Notes under the pieces: generated by a model | The model's input: only the letters and a program-made list of their open reading frames with translations | Told to the model about the DNA's origin: nothing | The model's database searches: none | Source of the DNA: Actinomycetota bacterium | GTDB lineage: Bacteria > Actinomycetota > UBA4738 > JACQTL01 | Assembly (NCBI GenBank): GCA_046263085.1 | Contig: JBHELK010000101.1 | Span: forward strand, 2,011 to 66,010 | Reading direction: 5' to 3' | DNA length: 64,000 bases | Part shown: positions 26,707 to 36,388 of the stretch, one piece after another | Layout: each line of letters opens with the position of its first letter | How positions within the stretch are numbered: the first letter of the stretch is position 1 | Program-made: the position numbers and the translations under genes

Positions 26707-26742
26707 CCCGAAATGACTAGTCCCGCATGGTCCCCTGGAGGG

Positions 26743-27552
26743 TCAGTTCAGGGATTCGTGGCTGCGAACCTCGGCCCAGCGGGCCGCCACGGACTGGTAC
26801 ATGGCCACCGACCGGGGGAGATCGCCGGACCCGAGGGCTTCGACGGAGTCCTGGACCTCGCGGGCGCTGTGGTCGTTGTCGAGCTCGTCCCACGTGAACA
26901 GCCCCGACACCGACGCGTACTCGAGCTGCACGATCGAGGCCGGGGCGAACGCCGCCAGCCACCGCCCGAGGTCCCCCACCAGGTCGGCCAGCGGGGCGAG
27001 CTCGGAGCGTCGAAGGATCCCGAGCGCGTGCTCCACCCGTTTGCGCGCCCGGGCGGCGGTCGTCCGGTAGCTCAGGCGGTACCCGCTCTCCTCCTCGACC
27101 AGCCGTCGGTCGTCGTCGCCGAACAGCACGAACCACCGCACCGGGACGTGCCAGGCGCTCTGGAGGATGAAAGGCACGGCCGTGGCGCCCCGCCGCCGCA
27201 TCCGTGCGAGCTCGCGAGCCGCCCGCCGCGCGTCGGCCTCCGACACCAGGGCGTCCACCACGTCGGGCGGCGTCGTCTCGCGGAGCGAGAGCAGGCTGGC
27301 CAGCATGCGTACCCTGGTCCGCCACGGGCACACGAAGTACCGGCCCTCCTCGAGCAGGAGGTCGGCGTGATCACCCTCGGCGGAGGAGAGCAGGCCGAGG
27401 CTGCCCTCCGGCGCGGTGGATCGCTCCCGGTAGACGGGTCTCGGTGGGGGCGAGTGCCCCCCGGCCACGATGTAGCGCTCCCAATGGCTCCGCTCCTCGG
27501 CCGGAAACGCGTCGAGGGGTTGGAACACGCGGAGGTAGGCGACCGGGAACAT
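26743..27552 (-). CDS. conserved hypothetical protein
   Basis: 269 aa of normal composition at the C-terminal end of a 497-aa ORF (MFPVAYLRVFQPLDAF...). TATAAT hexamer 14 nt upstream of the ATG with no SD, so possibly a leaderless or short-leader transcript. Confidence 0.45.
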   Translation of the reverse strand: MFPVAYLRVFQPLDAFPAEERSHWERYIVAGGHSPPPRPVYRERSTAPEGSLGLLSSAEGDHADLLLEEGRYFVCPWRTRVRMLASLLSLRETTPPDVVDALVSEADARRAARELARMRRRGATAVPFILQSAWHVPVRWFVLFGDDDRRLVEEESGYRLSYRTTAARARKRVEHALGILRRSELAPLADLVGDLGRWLAAFAPASIVQLEYASVSGLFTWDELDNDHSAREVQDSVEALGSGDLPRSVAMYQSVAARWAEVRSHESLN

Positions 27553-27571
27553 CGTTCGCCCGGGGATTATA

Positions 27572-27601
27572 GGAGGGGGCAGCGAGCCGGCCGCCCCCTC
27601 C
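27572..27601 (-). terminator. hairpin GGAGGGGGC...GCCCCCTCC (9-bp stem) immediately after the giant BNR gene
   Basis: Perfect inverted repeat followed by a TATAAT-containing AT stretch. Confidence 0.4.
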
Positions 27602-27614
27602 TCGAGTTGCTCTG

Positions 27615-30600
27615 CTACGGGATCGTCATGACGATCGTCTTGAACTCGTTCACGGCGAGGCTGAACGACAGGGTCTTCGACTGATTGCCCACCGTGACGG
27701 TGAGGTCGTAGTAGGCGCCCTGGTTGCCGGCCCGGTCGGTGTTCGGCAGGTTCTGATTCTCGTACTGGTACATGACGGGTAGGCACGTGGTGGGTGGCGA
27801 GAGTGACACTCGCGAGAGGTTCTTCATGTTCAGGTTCACGTTGCTGTGGAACCCGTGGGACACCAGCTTCAGCGACTTGAGCTGGGTGAACGGGCTCCCG
27901 TTCGCGTCCTGGGCGAGGACCCGGATGCCCCGGCCCGCCCCCTCCCCACAGAAAGCCACGGTCCGGGTGATGGGCGACGCGTCGAGGGGCTCGTGGCCGG
28001 TCCCTAGGTTGTCGGTGAAGGTGACCTGCCCGGTGATCCGCCGATCCACGGTGGTGGGGTCGAACATCACGGCCTCGCTGCCGCCGCCGTTCGGCGCGTA
28101 GCGCTGAGGAGGCGACGTGGCCCCGGGCCCAGAGAAGGCGCTGGAGCCCGAGAAGGCCACGCCGTCCACGATGAGCTCGGCCTGCCCGGAGTTCGTGTAG
28201 GGCTCGGAAAGCATCCTGCCGCACACGGGCGAGCACACCGGGTCGATCACGGTGGGCGGGAAGATCAGGGCGTTGCCCCCATCGGTCGCCGAGGCGAGGA
28301 CGTTGCCGTTCGGCGTCGCGATCCCGGGGACGAGGCCCCTGCCGGTGAGCGAGACCGTGCGCGTCGGCGTGGCGGGATCGTCCGACGTGATCGTGAGCGT
28401 GGCCGATCGGTCGTCAAGGTTCGTGGGATCGAACCGCACCGTGATGTCCAGGTGGTTGCCTGCACCCACCGTGGAGCCGGGGCCGGGCGGGTCGACGAGC
28501 TCGAAGTCGTCGGGGCTCGTGCCCGAACTCGGCGCGATCGACACCCCCGTGATGTGGGCGTCGCACCCCGAACACGAGGCCTGGTTGTAGAAGGTCACGA
28601 TCTTGTCGCGGAAGTGCGGATCGGTCCTGCCGTCCACCGGGACCCCGCCGAAGTTCAGCGAGGCCGTGGAGACGCCCGTCACCGGGACCCCGGCCCGCCC
28701 CGAGGCGTGCAGTGTGGCGTCCGGGTCATCCGGGTCGTCCGAGGCGACGTGCAGATCGGCCTCCCGCAGGTGGTCGTCGGAGTCGGCCGGAGGGGAGAAC
28801 CGCACGTGGATCGTGACCTGCTCGCCGGGGGCGATCTCCAGCGGCGCCGAGGAGGTGGGGGAGGCCTCGTCGGTGGAGAACGACCTGCCTCCCGGGCAGC
28901 TCGGGCAGTCGCTTCCGGCCATGCGCCACTTCGTCACGTGCAGATAGCCCTCGCCCACGTTCTGGATGGCCACCGCACGGGTGGTGGTGGTACCCCGGGC
29001 CACGGTGCCGAAGTCCAGGTCGCCGGAGAGCTCGACGATGCCGGCGACCCCGGTGCCGGAGGCGGGGATGTCGTAGGTCGGCTGGGTTGGGTCGTCGGAC
29101 TGCACGGTGAAGACGGCGGTCTCGTCCCCTGCCGAGGTGGGGGCGAACTGCACGGTCCAGTCGAGCTCCTCGCCGGGGGGGATCGTGACCGGCGTGGAGG
29201 GCCCGGAGATCACCGAGAACTCGTTCGAGCCCGCGCTCCGGGAAAACGACAGGATGTGCAGGTCCGCCGAGCCCACGTTGAACAGCTGGACGACCCGGGT
29301 GGCCCGCCTTCCCACCGGCACCCGGTCGAAGGCGAGGTCCCCGTTGACGGCAAGGAGGGGGCCGGTCGGCGACGCAAGCTCGTACACGCTACGGCCATAC
29401 GTGGCGACGCGGAGCACCGGGGGACTCACGCTGGAGTCCAGCGCAAGCTGTGTGCTGTCGATGATCGGCAGGCCTACACCGAATCGCTGCCACGACGCAC
29501 CGCCGTCGGCGGTCCGGACGACGCCGCCCTGGTCGGCCACGATGATGGAGTGCGGAGTCGTGCCCGCGTCGATCACGATCGAGTTCACCGGCAGGTTGGG
29601 CAGGCTGGACGGGCCGCCGTTCGTTCCGCTGATATCCGTCCACGCCGCGCCCGCGTCGGAGCTCAGGAAGACGTGCTGCCCCGGCTGAGTCGACGGGTTC
29701 TTCGAGAGACCCCCGTAGCCGATGGCGACCCGATCGGAGTTGGTGGGGTCGATGGCGATGGCTCGCACGGGTTGGTTGGTGATCACCCCGCTGGGCGGCG
29801 TGACCGACGTCCAGTGGGAACCCGACCCGACCAGCGCGTCGCTCGTGAAGGTGAGCTCACCGTCGTTCAGGGCGACCCACACGGTGTCGGAATCCACCGG
29901 CGACACCGCGATGGCCCGGATACCGAGCGTGGTCACGCCCGAGGGGATGTCGAACGTATGCACCTTCGTGAAGGTCGAACCCGAATCCGTGCTGACATAC
30001 AGCGAATTGGACTGATTGTTGCCGTCGGCGTCCGTGTAACCGGCCGCCGCGTAGACACGACCGGCGATCGCGGGGTCGACCGCGACGAGTGTGACGACGG
30101 CGGGGAGCCCTGCCCCCACGCCGTCCGTCGATTCCTGCCAGGTGGTCCCCCCGTCGGAGGTCATCCGGAACGTGTAGTCGGCCCCCGTGGCGGCGTACGC
30201 CGTGGTCGGTGTGCCGGCGTCGACCCCGACGGCGACTCCGTCGGCGTTCAGGCCGTCGTACCACTCGGGCCCGGTCTGGCCCGAGTGCGGGTGCACGGCG
30301 AACCCGACGTCCCACATGCCGCCGTACGTGTAGGCGCTGTTCGCGCTGCTTCCGCGACCGATGTCGATCGAGAGCATCTGATTGGTCGCGACACCCCCGT
30401 TGGCGGAGGTCCACGAGCTGCCTCCATCATCGCTGCTCCACAGGCCTCCGTCGGAGCCGAGCCAGAACGTGCTGATCGAACCCGAGGACGGGTGCGTCGA
30501 GGGCCTGAAGGTGAACGCGTGCACGTCGAAGTGGGGATGCGTGGAGCCCGAGTAGTCGGTCGGGTCGAAGGTCGCACCGCCGTCGGTGGAGACGAACACC

Positions 30601-31898
30601 TTCTGGTCGGAGAAGTACACGCGCTTGGCATCGAGGGGGTCCACGGCGACCTTGTTGTCGTAGTTGCACTGGCATGTCGTGCCTTCATTCAACGAGTCGT
30701 TCGTGGCGAAGATCCCGGACGTGGACACCCAGCTGGCGCCGCCGTCGGTCGACTTGTAGAGCCCCGCGATGTCGCACCCCACCCCGCTGCCCTCGCACGT
30801 CGTGGAGAGCGACAGGAACATGGTGTTGCCGCTCGACATCCCTCCGACCGTGGTGGATTGCCCGAACGACATGTAGCCGTACGTGCTCGGATCGGGAGCC
30901 CCGGTCGCCGTCGTGAAAAGGTTCGTGGAGAACGTCGCCCCGGCATCCGTCGACTTCCACAGACCGCCCCCCTCCTGGGCGGCGAAGACCGTCGAGGGGG
31001 TCTGCGTGTCCAGATGAAGATCCGTCACGTACCCATCGAGCACCGGCTCGCCGTTGCTGAACGAGGGACCGTCGTTGCCGAAGTGCTCGCCTCCGTCGAT
31101 CGACCGGAACAGCCCTTCGTCGGTGGCGGCGAGGACGACGCCGGACGAGGGAACGACGATCCGATCCACGCTCGCCGCGATCGAGTCGTTCACGAGCGCG
31201 CTGCTCCCGGAGACGACGGTCCAGGTCTCACCGCCGTCAGCCGACCGGTAGATGCCGGCCGGGTCGGGCAGGAGCGTATGACTGACGAACGATGTCCCGG
31301 TCCCGGCGTACACGATGGAGGGATTCGTGGGATCGAGCGCGACCGCGCCCACAGGGAGCGCGGGCATCGAATCGGTCTTGGGCGCCCACGTGACACCGGC
31401 ATCCGTCGATTTCCACACCCCGCCCGCGGTCGCGCGGTAGATGACCTTGTCGGCGCTCCCGCGAGGGTCGATGGCGACATCGAGCACGGCCCCGGCCCAC
31501 TGATCGCCCGTGCTCGTGGTGAGCGGCTGCGGACCGATCTCGGTCCAGAGGCTCCCCGTCACGGGGTTGGCGCCGGAAGGCGACAACGCAGTCGATATGC
31601 TCATCCCGGCCGTTCTGGAAGCAGCGGACTCAGCCGGCCGCGAGCCGAATGCGACCGGCAGCCGCCGCAGCTCGTCGATGCCATCCCGACGCCGGTCGGC
31701 CGAGGACGCTCGTGCACCCCGTCCTCCGCCCCGCGAGTGGCCGACCGGTGAGACTCGATGAACGGAGCGCGTCAGTGCGGCCGCCGAGGGGAGCGTCACC
31801 ACCATCACCGCGAGGAGCAACGTCGCTGTGACCGTCGCCGGGATGACCCTGATCGTGCGAGGAACCTCGTGCGTACTCCGATTCGAGCCGAGCGCCAT
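27615..31898 (-). CDS. 1427-aa secreted multi-domain protein: N-terminal BNR/Asp-box (sortilin/GH74-like) beta-propeller repeats plus three C-terminal Ig-like (ASH / choice-of-anchor-D-like) modules
   Basis: Signal/anchor VIPATVTATLLLAVMVVTLPSAAA. Many SxDGGxTW motifs (STDAGVTW, SADGGETW, STDGGASW, STDGGATF, SDDGGSSW, TSDGGTTW, STDSGSTF, SSDAGAAW, TADGGASW). C-terminal repeats with L.F..V..G....V.I.N.G...L.I pattern. Confidence 0.7.
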   Translation of the reverse strand: MALGSNRSTHEVPRTIRVIPATVTATLLLAVMVVTLPSAAALTRSVHRVSPVGHSRGGGRGARASSADRRRDGIDELRRLPVAFGSRPAESAASRTAGMSISTALSPSGANPVTGSLWTEIGPQPLTTSTGDQWAGAVLDVAIDPRGSADKVIYRATAGGVWKSTDAGVTWAPKTDSMPALPVGAVALDPTNPSIVYAGTGTSFVSHTLLPDPAGIYRSADGGETWTVVSGSSALVNDSIAASVDRIVVPSSGVVLAATDEGLFRSIDGGEHFGNDGPSFSNGEPVLDGYVTDLHLDTQTPSTVFAAQEGGGLWKSTDAGATFSTNLFTTATGAPDPSTYGYMSFGQSTTVGGMSSGNTMFLSLSTTCEGSGVGCDIAGLYKSTDGGASWVSTSGIFATNDSLNEGTTCQCNYDNKVAVDPLDAKRVYFSDQKVFVSTDGGATFDPTDYSGSTHPHFDVHAFTFRPSTHPSSGSISTFWLGSDGGLWSSDDGGSSWTSANGGVATNQMLSIDIGRGSSANSAYTYGGMWDVGFAVHPHSGQTGPEWYDGLNADGVAVGVDAGTPTTAYAATGADYTFRMTSDGGTTWQESTDGVGAGLPAVVTLVAVDPAIAGRVYAAAGYTDADGNNQSNSLYVSTDSGSTFTKVHTFDIPSGVTTLGIRAIAVSPVDSDTVWVALNDGELTFTSDALVGSGSHWTSVTPPSGVITNQPVRAIAIDPTNSDRVAIGYGGLSKNPSTQPGQHVFLSSDAGAAWTDISGTNGGPSSLPNLPVNSIVIDAGTTPHSIIVADQGGVVRTADGGASWQRFGVGLPIIDSTQLALDSSVSPPVLRVATYGRSVYELASPTGPLLAVNGDLAFDRVPVGRRATRVVQLFNVGSADLHILSFSRSAGSNEFSVISGPSTPVTIPPGEELDWTVQFAPTSAGDETAVFTVQSDDPTQPTYDIPASGTGVAGIVELSGDLDFGTVARGTTTTRAVAIQNVGEGYLHVTKWRMAGSDCPSCPGGRSFSTDEASPTSSAPLEIAPGEQVTIHVRFSPPADSDDHLREADLHVASDDPDDPDATLHASGRAGVPVTGVSTASLNFGGVPVDGRTDPHFRDKIVTFYNQASCSGCDAHITGVSIAPSSGTSPDDFELVDPPGPGSTVGAGNHLDITVRFDPTNLDDRSATLTITSDDPATPTRTVSLTGRGLVPGIATPNGNVLASATDGGNALIFPPTVIDPVCSPVCGRMLSEPYTNSGQAELIVDGVAFSGSSAFSGPGATSPPQRYAPNGGGSEAVMFDPTTVDRRITGQVTFTDNLGTGHEPLDASPITRTVAFCGEGAGRGIRVLAQDANGSPFTQLKSLKLVSHGFHSNVNLNMKNLSRVSLSPPTTCLPVMYQYENQNLPNTDRAGNQGAYYDLTVTVGNQSKTLSFSLAVNEFKTIVMTIP

Positions 31899-32057
31899 GG
31901 AGCGTCTCCCTCCAGATTGGGATGTCGTGCCGACGGTGCACGACCGGCGTCACCGGAACGTCATTGGCACTTCACCGCGAGGCCTCGGGTCGCAATGGAC
32001 CAGTGACACGCGGCCCCGGCCGGCCACGCTGGGGAACCCGGTAGGCTTACTTCGCTG

Positions 32058-33128
32058 ATGGGCGTGTTCACGGAGCTGGGTGCCGAGTTCGAGGAGGTCG
32101 TGTTCTTCCACGACGCCTCCTCGGAGCTGCACGGCATCGTCGCCATCCACTCGACCACCCTCGGCCCGGCTCTCGGCGGCACACGCTTCTATCCCTTCAA
32201 GACGGAGGAGGACGCCCTTCGCGACGTCCTGCGTCTCGCACGCGGCATGACGTTCAAGGCCGCGGCCGCCGGCCTCGACCTCGGCGGCGGCAAGGCCGTG
32301 ATCATCGGGGACCCCAAGCGCATCAAGACCGAGGAGCTGCTGCGGGCCTACGGCCGGTTCCTCGACTCCCTCGGCGGGCGCTACGTCACCGCGGAGGACG
32401 TCGGCACGACCGGCGACGACATGGACATGATCCGACGGGAGACCCGCCACGTCACCGGCGTGTCGCCGGCCATGGGTGGCTCGGGCGATCCCTCCCCGGT
32501 CACGGCGTGGGGCGTGTACCAGGGCCTCATCGCGTGTGCGGAGGAGGCCTGGAAGGACGCCTCGCTCCGGGGCAGGCGCGTCGCCGTCCAGGGCGTCGGG
32601 AAGGTGGGCTTCCATCTCGTGAAGCACCTCCACGAGGCCGGGGCGAGCGTCGTGGTGTCCGACGTCGACGTCGACGCGGTGGCCAGAGCGGTGCGCGAGT
32701 TCGGCGTCGACACGGCCGAGCCCGACAAGATCCATGCCGAGGAGTGCGACATCTTCGCGCCGTGCGCCCTCGGGGCCATCATCCGCGACGACACGATCCC
32801 GTCGCTTCGGTGCCGGGTGGTGGCCGGCGCGGCGAACAACCAGCTCGCGGCGCCCGAGCACGGCGAGCAGCTCCGCGAGCTCGGCATCCTGTACGCGCCC
32901 GACTACATCATCAACGCCGGGGGCCTCATGAACGTGGCCGACGAGCTGCGGGGCTACGACCGCCAGCGCGCCATGCGTCAGGTCGAGGGGATCTACCGGA
33001 CCCTGCGTGACATCTTCCAGTGGGCCAAGGAGAAGGACATCTCCACGGGACGGGCCGCCGACGAGTTCGCGCTGCGGCGCGCGCAACGGGTGGGCCGCCT
33101 GCGGCAGATCTGGGTGCCCAACCGGTGA
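32058..33128 (+). CDS. leucine (branched-chain amino acid) dehydrogenase, Glu/Leu/Phe/Val dehydrogenase family
   Basis: GGGKAVIIGDP active-site lysine region, Rossmann GVGKVGFHL. 356 aa. Confidence 0.85.
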   Translation: MGVFTELGAEFEEVVFFHDASSELHGIVAIHSTTLGPALGGTRFYPFKTEEDALRDVLRLARGMTFKAAAAGLDLGGGKAVIIGDPKRIKTEELLRAYGRFLDSLGGRYVTAEDVGTTGDDMDMIRRETRHVTGVSPAMGGSGDPSPVTAWGVYQGLIACAEEAWKDASLRGRRVAVQGVGKVGFHLVKHLHEAGASVVVSDVDVDAVARAVREFGVDTAEPDKIHAEECDIFAPCALGAIIRDDTIPSLRCRVVAGAANNQLAAPEHGEQLRELGILYAPDYIINAGGLMNVADELRGYDRQRAMRQVEGIYRTLRDIFQWAKEKDISTGRAADEFALRRAQRVGRLRQIWVPNR

Positions 33129-34168
33129 CCGAGCCGCGGCGGATCATCGCCCCGGACGGCTCGGCGGTCGTCGATCCCGCCGACCTCGGATTGAAGGACG
33201 AGGACCTCGAGGAGATCCTGCGCCTGCTGGTCACGGTTCGCAGGGCCGACCTCGAGGCCACGGCGCTGCAGCGTCAGGGCGAGCTCGCCGTGTACCCGCC
33301 GCTCATCGGGCAGGAGGCCGCCCAGGTCGGCAGCGCGTTCGCCCTCAACGAGGACGACTACATCTTCCCCTCCTACCGGGAGCTCGGCGCGGCGCTCGTC
33401 CGGGGGATCGATCTCGTGGAGTACCTGCATTTCTACCGGGCCACGTGGCACGGCGGCACGTACGACGCCAACGAGCATCGCTTCGGCTACGTGAGCGTGC
33501 CGGTGGGATCGCAGGCGCTGCATGCCGTGGGCTACGCCATGGGGCGGCGCAAGGACGGCGCGCAGGAATGCACGCTCGTGTACTTCGGCGACGGCGCGAC
33601 CTCGGAGGGCGACGTCCAGGAGGCGTGGAACTTCGCGGCGGTGCTGAACACACCCGTGATCTTCTTCGTGCAGAACAACCAGTGGGCCATCTCCGTCCCG
33701 CTCGCGCAGCAGACGGCGTCGCCGATCTGGCAGAAGGCCGAGGCCTACGGGTTCCCGGCCGTGCAGGTGGACGGCAACGACGTGCTCGCGGTGTACCAGG
33801 CCACGAAGGAGGCGGCGGAACGGGCCCGCGCCGAGGGCACGCCGGCGCTGATCGAGGCCGTGACGTACCGCCTGGGCCCGCACTCGACGGCGGACGACGC
33901 GTCCCGGTACCAGCCCGCGGAGGAGATCGCCAGGTGGAAGGAGCAGGACCCCCTGGAACGGTACCGCCGCTTCCTGGATGCGAGAGGTGTGGACGTCGAG
34001 GGACTCGTGGCGCGCTTCGAGGACGAGGCCACCCAGGAGATGCTGCGGATCCGCGAGGGCGTCGTCGGATCGGGCCCCCGGCCGGTCGAGGAGATGTTCG
34101 AGTGGGTCTTCGCCGACCTCCCGGAGCACCTCCGGCGCCAGCGCGACGAGGTGACCGGCGATGGGTGA
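33125..34168 (+). CDS. bkdA: branched-chain alpha-keto acid dehydrogenase E1 alpha subunit (TPP-dependent)
   Basis: TPP-binding GDGATSEGD...NN motif, YR.G.HSTSDD-like block (YRLGPHSTADD). GTG start overlaps the Ldh stop (GTGA). Confidence 0.85.
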   Translation: MTEPRRIIAPDGSAVVDPADLGLKDEDLEEILRLLVTVRRADLEATALQRQGELAVYPPLIGQEAAQVGSAFALNEDDYIFPSYRELGAALVRGIDLVEYLHFYRATWHGGTYDANEHRFGYVSVPVGSQALHAVGYAMGRRKDGAQECTLVYFGDGATSEGDVQEAWNFAAVLNTPVIFFVQNNQWAISVPLAQQTASPIWQKAEAYGFPAVQVDGNDVLAVYQATKEAAERARAEGTPALIEAVTYRLGPHSTADDASRYQPAEEIARWKEQDPLERYRRFLDARGVDVEGLVARFEDEATQEMLRIREGVVGSGPRPVEEMFEWVFADLPEHLRRQRDEVTGDG

Positions 34169-35135
34169 GGTCACCATGGTCGCCGCGCTCAACCAGGCGC
34201 TGCGCGACTCGCTTCGCGACGACGACCGCGCCCTCGTCCTCGGCGAGGACGTCGGCAAGCTCGGCGGCGTGTTCCGCGTGACCGACGGCCTCCAGGAGGA
34301 GTTCGGAGCGGAGCGGGTGTACGACACGCCGCTCGCGGAGTCGGCCATCGCCGGCGTCTCGCTCGGGCTGGCGCTCGCCGGGTGGCATCCCGTGGCGGAG
34401 ATGCAGTTCGACGGGTTCTCCTACCCGGCGCTCGACCAGGTCATCTCTCACATCGCGAAGTACCGGATGCGATCGCGGGGCCGGCAGACGGTGCCGATCG
34501 TCATCCGCATCCCGTTCGCCGGCGGCTACGGCGGCGCGGAGCACCACAACGACAGCCCGGAGACCTACTACGCGCACACCGCGGGCCTCAAGGTCGTCGC
34601 ACCCTCGACGCCGCTCGACGCGTACTCGTTGCTCGTGCAGTCCATCGCCGATCCCGACCCCGTGATCTTCTTCGAGCCGAAGAGCCGCTACTGGAGCAAG
34701 GAGTCCGGCGAGCTCACGGCGGACGGGTTGCCGATCGGTCGGGCTCGCGTCGTCCGGGAGGGCTCGGAGTGCGTGATCGTGACCTACGGCGCCATGGTGG
34801 CCCGGTCGCTGCAGGCGGCCGAGCGCCTGAGCCAGGAGGGCACGGAGTGCACGGTCCTCGACCTGCGCTCGCTGGTGCCGCTCGATCTCGACACGCTCGC
34901 CGAGACCGTCCGGGCGTGCGGTCGAGCCGTGGCGGTGCACGAGGCGCCGATGACGCTCGGCATGGGCGCCGAGATCGTGGCGCGCATCGTGGAGGACTGC
35001 TTCGACTACCTGGAGGCCCCGGTTCTTCGGGTGACCGGGTACGACACGCCGTATCCCCCCGCCACGATCGAGCAGCACTACCTGCCGAGCGTGGATCGCA
35101 TCGCGCGAGCGGTGACGCGCACCATGGAGTACTAG
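34161..35135 (+). CDS. bkdB: branched-chain alpha-keto acid dehydrogenase E1 beta subunit
   Basis: Transketolase-like pyrimidine-binding and C-terminal domains (AEMQFDGFSYPALDQ, YGGAEHHNDSPE). 324 aa. Confidence 0.9.
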   Translation: MGEVTMVAALNQALRDSLRDDDRALVLGEDVGKLGGVFRVTDGLQEEFGAERVYDTPLAESAIAGVSLGLALAGWHPVAEMQFDGFSYPALDQVISHIAKYRMRSRGRQTVPIVIRIPFAGGYGGAEHHNDSPETYYAHTAGLKVVAPSTPLDAYSLLVQSIADPDPVIFFEPKSRYWSKESGELTADGLPIGRARVVREGSECVIVTYGAMVARSLQAAERLSQEGTECTVLDLRSLVPLDLDTLAETVRACGRAVAVHEAPMTLGMGAEIVARIVEDCFDYLEAPVLRVTGYDTPYPPATIEQHYLPSVDRIARAVTRTMEY

Positions 35136-36388
35136 TGGCCGAACGCGACTTCCTGCTCCCCGACCTCGGTGAGGGACTGGAGGAGGCCGAGATCGTGAAG
35201 TGGCTCGTGACCGAGGGCGACACGGTCACCCTCAACCAGCCGCTCGTCGAGGTGAACACGGCCAAGGCGCTGGTGGAGATCCCGTCGCCGTTCGCCGGGC
35301 GGATCGTGACGCTTCACGGATCCGATGGCGACATCGTGTTCGTGGGCAAGCCCCTCGTCACGTTCGACGTCGAGGGCCCAGTTTCGTCCGTAGCCCCGGG
35401 GCCTGGCCCCGCGGCCGAGCCGAAGCCGAAGCGGACCGCGGTCCTCGTGGGCTACGGCGTGGAGGAAGAGGAGCCACCGCCGACGCTCGCCGGTGTGCCC
35501 GCCAGGCGGGAGCGCGGTGACCGTCCGGTTCCCGCATCCCCGCCCGTGCGGCGGCTGGCGAAGGAGCTCGGCGTCGACCTGGCGTCCGTCGCGGGCACCG
35601 GTCCGGGAGGCCGCGTGACCCGAGAGGACGTGGAGAAGGCATCGGAGGCCGGCGGATCCGTCGGCCCGGGCCTGTCCCCGGCCGACGCGCAGGAAGGGGA
35701 GGAACACATCCCGGTTCGCGGAACGCGCCGTCTGGTGGCCGAGAAGATGGCCCGCTCGGCGCGCGACATCCCGCACGTCACCACGTTCCTGTCGATCGAC
35801 GGCTTCTCCCTCGACGGGTACCGCCGAGAGCTCCAGGAGCGGTTCGGCGAACGCGTCAGTCCCCTGCCGATCGTGGTCCGGGCGTTGGTCGAGACCTGCA
35901 AGCAGCACCCGAAGCTCAACGCGTCGTTCGACGCCGACGCCGGTGAGATCGTGCTCCGCCGCTCGTACCACGTCGGCATCGCCACCGACACCGAGCGCGG
36001 CCTGATGGTCCCGGTGATCCGCGACGCCGACTCGAAGGGCATCCTCGAGCTCGCCACGGAGATCGCCCGGCTCTCGGAGGCCGCCCGGGAGGGCCGGAGC
36101 TCACCCCAGGAGCTGGTCGGATCCACGATCACGGTCACCAACGTGGGGAGCTTCGGCGCCGAGTTCGGCACGCCGATCATCAACGCTCCCGAGTCGGCGA
36201 TCCTCGCGGTCGGCGTCATGGAGCCGCGCGCCCTCGTCGTCGACGGCGAGATCGTGGCCCGTCCGGCCATGACGCTCTCGCTCTCCTTCGACCACCGCCT
36301 GCTCGACGGCGCGGAAGCCGGACGGGCGCTGCGGGATCTCGGCGACGTCCTCGAATCGCCGTTCCGGCTCGGGTCGCTGCAACCTTGA
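35135..36388 (+). CDS. bkdC: dihydrolipoamide acyltransferase E2 (lipoyl domain - E3-binding - catalytic)
   Basis: Lipoyl motif EVNTAKALVEIPSP, PSBD (PPVRRLAKELGVDL), catalytic DHRLLDG. GTG start overlapping the E1beta TAG. Confidence 0.85.
   Translation: MAERDFLLPDLGEGLEEAEIVKWLVTEGDTVTLNQPLVEVNTAKALVEIPSPFAGRIVTLHGSDGDIVFVGKPLVTFDVEGPVSSVAPGPGPAAEPKPKRTAVLVGYGVEEEEPPPTLAGVPARRERGDRPVPASPPVRRLAKELGVDLASVAGTGPGGRVTREDVEKASEAGGSVGPGLSPADAQEGEEHIPVRGTRRLVAEKMARSARDIPHVTTFLSIDGFSLDGYRRELQERFGERVSPLPIVVRALVETCKQHPKLNASFDADAGEIVLRRSYHVGIATDTERGLMVPVIRDADSKGILELATEIARLSEAAREGRSSPQELVGSTITVTNVGSFGAEFGTPIINAPESAILAVGVMEPRALVVDGEIVARPAMTLSLSFDHRLLDGAEAGRALRDLGDVLESPFRLGSLQP

Noticed and set aside
28452-31751. 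1099-aa plus-strand ORF
   Set aside because: Antisense to the 1427-aa BNR protein, which has clear repeated motifs. Highly biased R/G/D/V composition.
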